Shown here: in pieces, positions 24,968 to 37,529 of the stretch
Layout: every line of letters begins with the position of its first letter
How positions within the stretch are numbered: the first letter of the stretch is position 1
DNA from: Eledone cirrhosa
Lineage: Eukaryota
Reading direction: 5' to 3'
Length of the DNA: 64,000 nt
NCBI GenBank assembly: GCA_964016885.1
Contig: OZ024749.1
Coordinates: 992,001 to 1,056,000, forward strand
Made by a program: the position numbers and the translations under genes
Notes under the pieces: generated by a model
Seen by the model: only the letters and a program-made list of their open reading frames with translations
Database searches by the model: none
Told to the model about the DNA's origin: nothing

Positions 24968-25243
24968 CTAAACATAGGAAGGGATCTACCCTTCAGTGAT
25001 TTTGTATAAGATATTATATTATATACACACACAGAAGTATCGATATAAAATATAATAATATATAGCAATCAACCACTGATACAAAGGGAAGATGATAAAT
25101 ATAGAGAAAGAAATAAGCAGTTATATATTAGCACAGATAGAAAGCTAGAGAGAGAGAGAGCTAGAACATATGTTCCATTGTTAAAGGTTAAAATGAACAA
25201 CAATAATAATAAAGAAAGAAGCTTTGCTAAAATATTTAAAGCA

Positions 25244-25253
25244 GTAAGGATAC
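25244..25253 (-). promoter_or_regulatory. U12-type (minor spliceosome) 5' splice site GTATCCTTAC
   Basis: Matches the U12 donor consensus RTATCCTT at the point where Rab6 homology stops; poor match to the U2 consensus GTRAGT. Confidence 0.85.
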
Positions 25254-25317
25254 TTTCTCCTGGTTTCTTGGTTTCCTGCTCCATTCCAGGTAATGCAGCT
25301 GCCACTCGACGGAACAG
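25254..25317 (-). CDS. Rab6: Rab6 penultimate exon (64 bp), LFRRVAAALPGMEQETKKPGE+A, start of the hypervariable domain
   Basis: LFRRVAAALPGME is Rab6-diagnostic; tatttacag acceptor; ends in phase 1 at GTATCCTT. Confidence 0.94.
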
Positions 25318-25353
25318 CTGTAAATACAAGATGAACTTTCATATATTTCTAGA

Positions 25354-26535
25354 TACAACTGTTAATTAAATATTGGTATATACCAACACAACTGTTAGTC
25401 AAATATTGGTATGTAATGTTGGTATATACCAACACAACTGTTAGTCAAATATTGGTATGTAATGTTGGTATATACCAACACAACTGTTAGTCAAATATTG
25501 GTATGTAATGTTGGTATATACCAACACAACTGTTAGTCAAATATTGGTATGTAATGTTGGTATATACCAACACAACTGTTAGTCAAATATTGGTATGTAA
25601 TGTTGGTATATACCAACACAACTGTTAGTCAAATATTGGTATGTAATGTTGGTATATACCAATACAACTGTTAGTCAAATATTGGTATGTAATGTTGGTA
25701 TATACCAACACAACTGTTAGTCAAATATTAGTATGTAATGTTGGTATATACCAACACAACTGTTAGTCAAATATTGGTATGTAATGTTGGTATATACCAA
25801 TACAACTGTTAGTCAAATATTGGTATGTAATGTTGGTATATACCAACACAACTGTTAGTCAAATATTAGTATGTAATGTTGGTATATACCAACACAACTG
25901 TTAGTCAAATATTGGTATGTAATGTTGGTATATACCAACACAACTGTTAGTCAAATATTGGTATGTAATGTTGGTATATACCAATACAACTGTTAGTCAA
26001 ATATTAGTATGTAATGTTGGTATATACCAACACAACTGTTAGTCAAATATTGGTATGTAATGTTGGTATATACCAACACAACTGTTAGTCAAATATTGGT
26101 ATGTAATGTTGGTATATACCAACACAACTGTTAGTCAAATATTGGTATGTAATGTTGGTATATACCAACACAACTGTTAGTCAAATATTGGTATGTAATG
26201 TTGGTATATACCAACACAACTGTTAGTCAAATATTGGTATGTAATGTTGGTATATACCAACACAACTGTTAGTCAAATATTGGTATGTAATGTTGGTATA
26301 TACCAACACAACTGTTAGTCAAATATTGGTATGTAATGTTGGTATATACCAACACAACTGTTAGTCAAATATTGGTATGTAATGTTGGTATATACCAACA
26401 CAACTGTTAGTCAAATATTGGTATGTAATGTTGGTATATACCAACACAACTGTTAGTCAAATATTGGTATGTAATGTTGGTATATACCAACACAACTGTT
26501 AGTCAAATATTAGTATGTAATGTTAGTATATAACA
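25354..26535. repeat. 46-bp minisatellite, about 25 near-identical copies, each with the palindrome ttggtatataccaa
   Basis: Unit ccaacacaactgttagtcaaatattggtatgtaatgttggtatata; period read from 25521 to 25567. Confidence 0.97.
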
Positions 26536-27631
26536 ACAATGAAACACATGTACATCTTGTGTACATCTGAAGTCCCTCTTCAGTGTCAGCCTGCCTGTGA
26601 CCCCACTCTACGTCTTGTGTACATCTGTTACATATGAAGTCCTTCTTCAGTGCCAGCCTGCCTGTGACCCCACTCTACCTCTTCTGAACCCATAATTTAC
26701 ATCTGAAACATTTTATAAAATTTTTACAAAAGCCACTTTATTTTGTAGTAAACAAAGTCCCTGCTTAGATGTCAGTAGAATCCCATTTTTTTTTCTGCTA
26801 ACTAAAACTTTTGTCTTTCTTAAGTTTACTTTTAACACTTTTGATGCCAACCCAGCCAAAACCACGTCTCATTCTATGAAACAAAACCCATTTTGAAAGT
26901 TTCCAACATAATTTTATATAAACACTAAATGTTAAATTACTATATAATGAAATAATAAATGATTTTAGTAAACCCCACAAAATACCTCATTAATTAATTG
27001 AAATATGGTGCATTACATAAGAGATACAGTAATGAAAGGGTTAAAGTCTCTTGATTCTAGGATTTACTTCCATATTGAGAATTTCTTGACTAATCCCATG
27101 CCAGGGTGGATGATGATGATGAGTGTAGCTGGGACTACCAATGAAATGTCAAAAGTGTTGTGATAGAAACATTGATGAAAAAGCAGCGATGGTGATTATG
27201 ATAATTAGTGGGGAGAATAAACTTCAATGATGTTGAGGAAAAAAAAACCCAAAAACTAACAAACAATGCATACAATTAAGTTTTTGAAATTCGATTCAAT
27301 ATATTAAAAATAAAAATTAACTTAAAAAACAAAACAACAGATTTTTAACAAAACTCAATTGTTGTAAACAGAAACAAATCTAACAACAATATTTTAAATA
27401 ATAATCATTATATATAATCTCCCTTCCTTTCATTGCTTAATTCTTCTTTTTTTTATTCTTTTCCTTTCTTTTTTTGTTTCTTTTAAATATTTTTAACTGT
27501 AAATATTGTATGCAAGGAAAATAAAAGATTGAATATACTAAAACAAAAAATCAAAAAGATCTCAGAGTTGTTAAAGGAAGAACTAAAAGTTGATAAAACA
27601 AGATTGATATGTTTCCAATAAAACTCCTTCA

Positions 27632-27730
<99 letters not shown>

Positions 27731-30700
27731 TCAAATAATTAAAATACACAAAAATTTCATTTAATTCAATCATCATGAAATATAAATTCTATAAAAACAA
27801 ATAAAAAAAAAAATTAATTTAAGCCGTTTTGATGCAAAACTGTTTGAAACAACTTCTGGTTTTATGATACAAATCTGTTTATGGTGTTTGAATTTATATC
27901 TAAAAACTGTCCATCATAATTTTATGTAAGAACCTTCATGAAGTTAACATTAAGTTATTATCCAAACACCAGCTTAATAATGGGGAGAAAGTTAATTATA
28001 TTATTAAATCTTGCCAAATTCTTGATTATTTTCAAAATAATTTGAAAATTATAGGCAGTGTCTTTCATTATAAAAAATGGTAGTTGAAGAAACTAAAAGG
28101 AAAATGTCCTGTTTAGTCTCAGAGTGTGACTATATCACAAATGTCAATTATGATGATGATGATGACAATATGAAAATCTCTTCATAAAAAGGGTGTATCT
28201 TGTACCTATAAGAATTCTGTAATGCTCTTTGCTATTTATTAGTTCCCATTATAGGAATGCTAGGTTTCATAACGATAACAGAAGTATTTACTATTTTTTA
28301 TTCTTTTTTATTTATAATAGGATGCATCTTATATCCTGAAAAATATGGTATGTATGATTTTACTTAGCACTACTTCCGAATTTAATCCATAAAGCAACTG
28401 CTTTCCAAAATAATTATTCTTGGGAAATATATACATATTCACTTTGGTATAAATTTGGAAATTTATTATAAATTTAGAATCTAAAAATCATGAAAGATTT
28501 TGAAAAGAATTATTATTTATTTATAGTGTAGAAGGAAAAAAAAAACATCTATTGTTATTATTGTTATTGGAAAATGTTTATTTTTTATTTTTAATTTTTA
28601 TAAAAGGTTGCACCTCTCTTCATCACTTTTGTAAATGGCTGTAATTCTTTTATTCAATCTAAAGAATTAATTGGAATTATTTTTGGTAATTTATAGTCTG
28701 AAATCTTAATTTTAGTCAAAAATAGAGACAGTTTAAATTTATGGTATTTTTCAGATAAGTTTCTAGCAACACCTGTTAAAAAAAAATAACAACAAAAAAC
28801 TTTAGTTTTGGGTTAGTTATTATTTGAGTTGATAAATGACCATTATTTCAAGATGAAGTATTTTCAAGAATTAGGTGACTATAATGTCAATAATTAGAAA
28901 CAGGCTTCCAAACAATCTTTAGACCATTGCTCTCATCTTAAAAAAATATGGTATTTATCATTGTATGTTTCATATAACAAATTATATTTTTAAGAAAATA
29001 GAGGAAAAAAACAATGTTACAGTGATTTGGTTATAGAGGTGGATTTCCTTACCCTACAGAAGGTTGGTTTGCTTAGCACAGCAAGAACCATACAAAAGGT
29101 GCTACATATATCTTAGGCTACAGGGCACAGCTTCATATCTACCAACAGAGGAACAAGGAAATGTTGAATAAAAAGGAGCTAACACATTAATAGCCTGTGC
29201 CACATGAAACCACATTCTAATTTGTCTATAAGTAAGGATATTCTAAACATTTGAATTAAACTAAATGAAATCACATTAACATTAAATTATTTAAACAATA
29301 AAATACTATAAATGTATGACAAGAAAAATTGAAGCCTTTTCTTGAATATAAAATTCAACAATCTCTCCACTAATGAAGATACTTTAAACATTTGAATTAA
29401 CAAACTGATTTTTAAATAATTTTCTGTGAAATAACTACAAGATTTTTAGAGTTAGGAGCTATCATGATTTTGAACATTTTGTCAAGTAGAATATTTATGA
29501 TGTGAGAAGCAGTGTCAGGAATGTTGCTAAAAAGGTGAGCAAAAGAAAATACAGTATTGGAATTTGCTGTAGCCTTAAGATATTCCTTCATTGTATGTAA
29601 GCTTCCTTTACTTTATAGTTCAATCAATTATGTAAATTATCCATCACATGTGGCTAACAGCAGAAATACCTGTTAATATTTTTACCTCACATACATATGA
29701 TGGATCACCCTCCAACACCTGTCATTTCTTGTGATCAGCTGTCAGTCATTAATGAATTCAACATTGGACTTATAGATTAATGTGGAAGTGAATAACTGTT
29801 CCACAGACATGGGTACCCTTAATGTAATTCTTTCTTGGCACTTGTTTACCAAAGAAAAAAAAATTTGAATTGAAGACCGCGAGTTTGGCTTTTACACCTA
29901 CCTCCCTTTTTCTGTTTACTGAATGCTGGAGCATTACTGCATCAGCTTTTGCAATTCTTGCACTTATTTCCGCCTCCTGCCTTCCATCACTTGTGAACAT
30001 GGCCACGAGATAATTGAACTTATACACCTGCTTCAGTGATACTCCATTCACATGTAGAGTACACTGCACAGGCTTTCTTGAGAAGACTTTCTTCAATTTG
30101 GTTTTCGTGCCAACCCTTACCCATGGTCATCAATCTTGGGTAATGACCGAAAGAATACAATCGCAAATACAAGCAAGTGAAATAAACACACATACATGAG
30201 GACAGGGCAAAGTAAATGCATCCAGTGAAGCCCCCCAGTCCACACTGTAAAGTGGGTGTGATGATGACATGACTAAAAGCACCCAGCCCACACTGTAAAG
30301 TGGTCATGTAGGAGTCGCATCAAAAAGCACACAGTACTCACTGTAAATGAGGTTAGCGTTAGGAAAGGCATCCAAGCCAGAATCAGTCCTGTATGAGCAA
30401 GACATCATCACCTGACCTAGCATTGCCCACAACAGGACAACCCATCTAACCCATCTAGCATGGAAAATGGACGTAAACATCCAGCCCACACTGTAAAGTG
30501 ATTGTGTATGTGTCACGACAAAAAGCTCCCAGCCCACACTGTAAAATAGTAGTGTAAAAGACATGGCAAAAAGCACTCAGCACACACTGTAAATGGGGTT
30601 GGCGTTAGGAAGAGCATCCAGCTGTACAAAACCAGCCAGAAACAGTCCTATATGAACGAGACACGGTCACCCGACCCAACTTGCCTATAAATGAGACAAA

Positions 30701-32911
30701 CCCGTCTAACCCATGCTAGAGTGGAAGATGGACATTAAATATTGATGATGATATATATATATATGTAAGAAGGTCAAGGAAGATTTGGGATGATGTGATA
30801 AAAGTGGACCACTCAAAGGTGATGACACAGGACCCAGATCTCTGACGTTACACAGTAATACAGGTTGAATTAACAAACCAAATTAGCAAGACATTCTTGA
30901 AAACGACAAAATAGCACTATCACTGCATCACATCAAACATGTCCTCAGTTTACTGCAAATTTTCACAACAATCTGTCCACTAGTAAAGGTACTATAAGAT
31001 TTTAATCCACAAATCCATTTTTAGATAATTCCTGCTGATCATTACCAGATGTTACATGTTAGGAAGTTCACTTCGCATCTATGTGGTTTTGGGTTCTCTT
31101 CCATTGCATATCAGCTTAAGTGTTTTCTACTATAGCCTTGTGAATAAAATTTGTTAGGTGGAGACTGTGTGGAAGCCCACTGTATATATGTATATGTTTA
31201 AATACACTGTTTGTTTATGTTTCTCAATTTAGAGGTTTAACAAAAGGAGAGATTGATAAAATATGATCAATTAAATCGCTTCAAAATTATTTGCAAAGTG
31301 AGACAGTCTTTCATTAGAAATATGGTAATGGAAGGATTAAAGATTACATATTTATCAAAAAAACCTTCCATCATAACTTTGTTATGTTTCAAATAGCAAC
31401 TTAGTAATGAGAAAGTTTAAGTTATTTCACTAAATTCCTCCCAAAATTCTTGATTATTTTTCAAATTATTTGAAAATCATAGTGTTTCATTGATAAAAAG
31501 AGCAACACCAAATCACAAACAAACAATAATGACCAAGATGAAATGAACCTGGTGCAAATTAGAACAAGAAGAACACCACGAACGACGACAACAGCAGCAG
31601 TTAGAGTACAAATATTTTAGTTCCTGGTTACAAAATATCTTTTGAATGCATCTAGTAATGTGGTTCTTCTATTAGAGAAGAATAATTGTCAGGAGATTCG
31701 AAAAGATCAAATATCTTTAGAAGTTACTTTGGTTGTAGTCTAGTAGAATACTTATCACTTAAATGTATTCATTCATGAGGCCAGTATCTCATTTGAAAGA
31801 GATATAACAGAATTATTTCAAACACAATAGCTGGACATCCATATGTTTGTGTACCCACACACTATAGAATACATACACACACACACATATATACACACAC
31901 ACTATAGAATATATTTCAATGTATGACAGACAAGAGAAAATGACAAAGATGTTAACAAGCAAACAAAAGAAATGGCTCTTTTTTACAATTCAATCAGTGA
32001 TTTTTATCGAAAGATAAGAATCGCCTAACAAACTTGATCAATCTAAAGATATCAGTTCAAATTAAACTCAACAAATATACCATCTCAAAAACTGACAGAA
32101 GCACAATTTATTAACAAGGTCAGAGCTTAGCATCTTCTATGTAGATGTAAATTTTAAGCTTTACATAAATATAGTGTATAGCTTGGAGATCAGAGAGTCA
32201 CTCCAGGTAGACCTACTACTTCTCCAAATTAAGAGATCACAGCTACGATATTATGGACATGTGATTAGAATGTCCCTGGAAAGAATCGCTGGAGAGATTT
32301 TATGGGCAAAACCAACCGGCAGGAGACCCAGGAGTAGCCCCTGAGCAAGATGGTAGGATCCCATCCATGAGCTCAGCTGGTCTCGCTCGGGGATCCAGCC
32401 AGATCAATTAGAGACAGTTGCTGACTATCTCAGGAATAAATGGGTAAAGAAGAAGTAATAAACTGAGACAGATTTTCTGGAAACCAACCCACTTGAAACT
32501 GCTCCTGGCTCCTAAAACTCCTCTTTGGTGGGCAGGGGTGATAAATAAAGCAGTCAATGACTATGGGTTTGCTAGATTATTAGAGTATCATATGTGATGC
32601 CTAGCGATATCTCTTTTTGACCCTTTTGCATTTGAGTTTGCTTTTCCTATGCCACACGTCAGTGATGTAGAGAGGAAAGACTTGCATGTATGGGTGACTG
32701 CAGGTCTTACACACACCACATACACACAAAATATATCTTTGCCTAGGCCTACACCTTGAAGAAAAACTTTCCAGGTGCAGATTCATGAGAGACATAAGAC
32801 ATACAAGTCTTCAATCAAGTTTATCATGACATGATGTCCACCCTCAACCTCGCAAAAAAAAAAAAAAAGAAAAGAAAAGATAGATAAAAACAAAATGTCC
32901 AAAATCTCTTA

Positions 32912-33052
<141 letters not shown>

Positions 33053-36000
33053 TTATACATATCATCATCATCATTATTATTGTAATCCCGCTGAGGTTAA
33101 CTTTGCATTTCATCCTTACAGGGTCGATAAAATAAAGTACCAGTAATACACTGGGATAATTGCTGGCCTTGTGCCAAAAGTAGAAACAATTATTATTGTG
33201 TGTTGACGTATTAATGAGCATAGCTGTGTGCCTTGGGTATGAACAGTGTAGTTTTTGGTGTTGACACTTCTATTGTATTGACAACTTTTCATAATATATG
33301 TAGTGCCTATTATTGATAAGGGCAGTGGATTGGCAGTATCGGTAAAGCATCAGACACCATGCTTCACGACACAGTTACGTTCTGGGTTCAAATCCTGCTG
33401 AGGTTAGCTTTGTCTTTCATCCTTACGGGGTCAATAAAATAAAGTACCAGTAATGCACTGAGGTTGATTTAATTGACTTTCCCCTCACCCCTAATTTATG
33501 GCCTTGTGCCTATAGTAGAAATCATTATTAAGGGATTTGGCAGTATCGGTAGAATGTCAGACACCCTTCACGGCATAGAATTATGTCCCTTTACGTTCTG
33601 GGTCGGAAAGGGACATAATTCTATGCTGGGGGTCAATAAAGTGGGTCAATTTAATCATCTTTTCCCCAAAATTGTTGGTCTTGTGCCTAAATCAGAAGCC
33701 ATTATTATTATTATTATTGATGGTTTACACAGTAAATATAATTATTGGATCTTCTATGACCTGTCGGGTCTCAGCAAAGACCTTACACAGACATTATTTT
33801 CATGAGTTTATGTGCAGTACCCAACACGGTAGTCTTTAGTAGCAGAACTTTTTATAATTTAAGATCTATTTTTTAAAGATGTAGCACTATTCTTCTTCTT
33901 CTTTGTTTTTTTTATTATTTTTTTTATTAAACTTACATACTTATGCACATCATTTATTAGAAACTCTAAGTAACATAAAGTTAACCCTTTTGTTATACAG
34001 TATACCCCTGACATTCGTGGTCCTGGTTATTCACGGAATTTTCCTTAGAACCTAACTAATAATTGTTTGTGGAAACCACCGCATATTTGTGAAATCGTAA
34101 ATATCTTCTGCAATTTTTTAATGGCTTTTTTAACACAAAATTATTAATAACAATATACTGTATTTGCCAGCCTATTGGACGACCCTTCACATCAGACTCT
34201 TTTTAAAAAAATTATATTTTAAGTTTTATTTTGACATTTATAGGCATTCTTATGGACCACATCCAATATTTATGGTTTTTCACTCTTTGTGGGTGTTCTA
34301 GGAATGAAACCACTGCAAATACTGGGGGACAACTGTATTTCTAATATTAGACAGTGAAAATAATGAAGGATTTGGGAGGATTTAATAATATAACTTTCTC
34401 ATTTGGAACATAACAGTTCTTACATAAAATTATAAACACTTTTGAATCAAAGTTGGTTAGCTTTTTATGGAAAGACAAGTAAAGACAACTACACACAAAC
34501 AGAATTGGTAGTCACTATTGATGTCAAATCAAGCTACAACTTAACTTTATTATTACAATAATATAATTAAGTAAAATGAAAATCACATGCATGTTTTTAA
34601 CGGCTATAATGAATCTACTATGATACATGCCTCCACAAAACTGTTGATACCTGATACCAAACTGACTGAAGGCCTTGTTAGTTTTACCGTTCAAAGCTGT
34701 TTATTTTGAAGTGTTTATAATTATCTAAACCTCTTCCATCATAGGTTTATCTAAGAACTTATGTTAAGTTATGTTCCAAACACCAGCTTAATAATAGTTT
34801 CTAATTTAGGCACATGGCCAACAATTTTTGGGGAGGGGAAACTCATTACATTGACATCAGTACTTAACTTGTATTTTATTTTATAAAATATGAAAAACAA
34901 AATTGATCTGAGCATGATTTGAACTCAGAATGTAGAATATCAAAACTAAATACTGCAAAACATTTTAATCAACACTACTGATACTGCAAATCCACCATCC
35001 TAAACCAGCTGAATAATGAGAAAGATAAGTATATTACTAAATCTTAGCAAATTCTTGATTATATTCAAAATAATTTGAAAATTATAGACAGTGCCTTTCA
35101 CTGGAAACTTGGTTATGAAAGGGTTAAACCGTTTGTTACTAAACCACCAGAAAACACCCAAGTTATACTATTCAAAGCTGTGTGTTTTAAAGTGTTTATA
35201 TTTATTTGAAACCCTTCCACTATAATTTCATCGAAGAACCTTTGTTAAGATATGCCATGAACACCAGCTGAATAATGGAGAAGTTAATTATATTACTAGA
35301 TCTTTACAAATTCTTGATTATTTTCAAAATGATTAGAAAATTATAGGAGCCCATTACAGTAGAAATTTGGTAACAAAAGATATTTTTGGATGTTTAGTGA
35401 AAGTTGGTTCATGAGTAAAACAATTTATTAGAAGTAAATTAGTGTTAAAACTGAAACAAAGATTTGGATGTAATAAACAATAATTGTTTCTACTTTTGGC
35501 ACAGGGCCAGCAATTATCCCAGTGTATTACTGGTACTTTATTTTATTGACCCCGTAAGGATGAAAGGCAAAGTTAACCTTGGCGGGATTTGAACTCAGAT
35601 CATAAAGGGACGTAACTCTATGCGTCAAAGCATGGCGTCCGACCCTCTACCGATACTGCCAATCCACCAAATAAATAATGATAATAAATAGTACTGATTT
35701 ATTGATTCTGAATAGAAAATAATTGCAACATTGTAATAGTAATTATTAAATAACATGAAAATGAATAAAAATATAAAGAAACATTTTCTCCAGTAGCCAT
35801 CTTCAGAAAATGAGACAGTTTCTATATATTGACATAACACAAATATAAGCCAATATATCAATGTAAAGGTTAAAATCTCTTACTATGTGCAGCATCATTT
35901 AATGTCTGATTTCCTAGCAAGAGTAGGATGGGTTGCCATAGATAGAATCAGTATTAAACTGGAGTTACTGACCTCTAGATGGGCTGAGGGGGTCCACATC

Positions 36001-36677
36001 TCACAGTACATCCCCACACTCTGCTCAGTGTTGGCCAAGAGATTGACATCTTGTTTACATACACCTCCATGCTATACTGACTGTATTTTATCATAGCAGT
36101 AGCACTAAGGAAGTACTCATGTCTTTGACACAGCTGCCATCCTAGTATTATGTAAGATCCTTAAATTATGCTCCAAACACAAACTTAATAAGAAAGTTAA
36201 TTATATTACTAAATCCCTTCAAATTCTAAATCTCTTGCTTCTTCTTTGCCCACTTATTCCTGGGTTATCGAGGCAACGTCTGCAAGCATGCCTTCCAGCA
36301 GGTCATGTCAAAAGCAACTGTCTTCAATTGATCCAGCTGAGTCCCCAAACAAGACCAGCTGAGCATATGGATGTTATCCAACCATCTTGCTCAGGGTTGG
36401 TTTTGCCCATAAAAATCTGTCCAGTAATTCTTTCCTTAGACATTCTAACCACATGTCCATAGTATTGGAGTAGTGTCTCTACCTTGAGTGACTCTCTGAT
36501 CTCTGAGCTATGCACCCTATCAAGTAACGCTACTCCAAAAGCCCTTGGAGGAACCTCATTTCAGCCGCTTGTATTTGCTATTGTATACATCTAGTCATTA
36601 ACACCAAAATATGAACACCAACACACTGCAATATGGTAAGAAGAAATAAAGGCAAATTCTAATTATTTTCAAAATTA

Positions 36678-36950
<273 letters not shown>

Positions 36951-37529
36951 TCAAGAAATGTTGGTTGATAAATAATCTACCAATTGTGGTGTAAACAGTT
37001 GTAAAGGACTCCAAGACTTGTGTTCCTTAAAGTATTATCAATAAGGTATCAAACAAAGTGTCAATATAATAAACAGTTTTAAGTGCACATCCTCTGTTTA
37101 TTATATAATCCTGTTATATGCATTTCAAAGAAACAGTCCTATATGAGTAAGACACAGTTACCTGACCCAACATACCTCAAATGGGACGACCCGTCTAACC
37201 CATGCTAGCATAGAAAATGGACGTTAAACGATGATGATGATGATATATATATAATATATAAGAGAAATGTTTGTTCATTGGTTGGTATCTTCATGCATCT
37301 GTTTAAAAAAAAATTTGATATAATTTCAAATGTAAATATCGCAGAAACTACAAAGTCTGGGACAATGAGACTGAGCAGTATGTTGAGCAACAATATAACA
37401 GTAATTCCCAATATATATTTGTAGTTTCTGGGATTTTTGCATCACAAATGATATCAATTCTTTTAAAACAACCTGTGTATATGTATATATATATACATAC
37501 ATATATATACACACATATATATACATGAA

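Noticed and set aside
4385-26535. Regular 35-48 bp arrays as CRISPR
   Set aside because: Head-to-tail units with no unique spacers, no cas genes, eukaryotic intron.
29230-29245. ATATCCTT U12-like donor on the minus strand
   Set aside because: Isolated within a U2 intron, with no adjoining exon.
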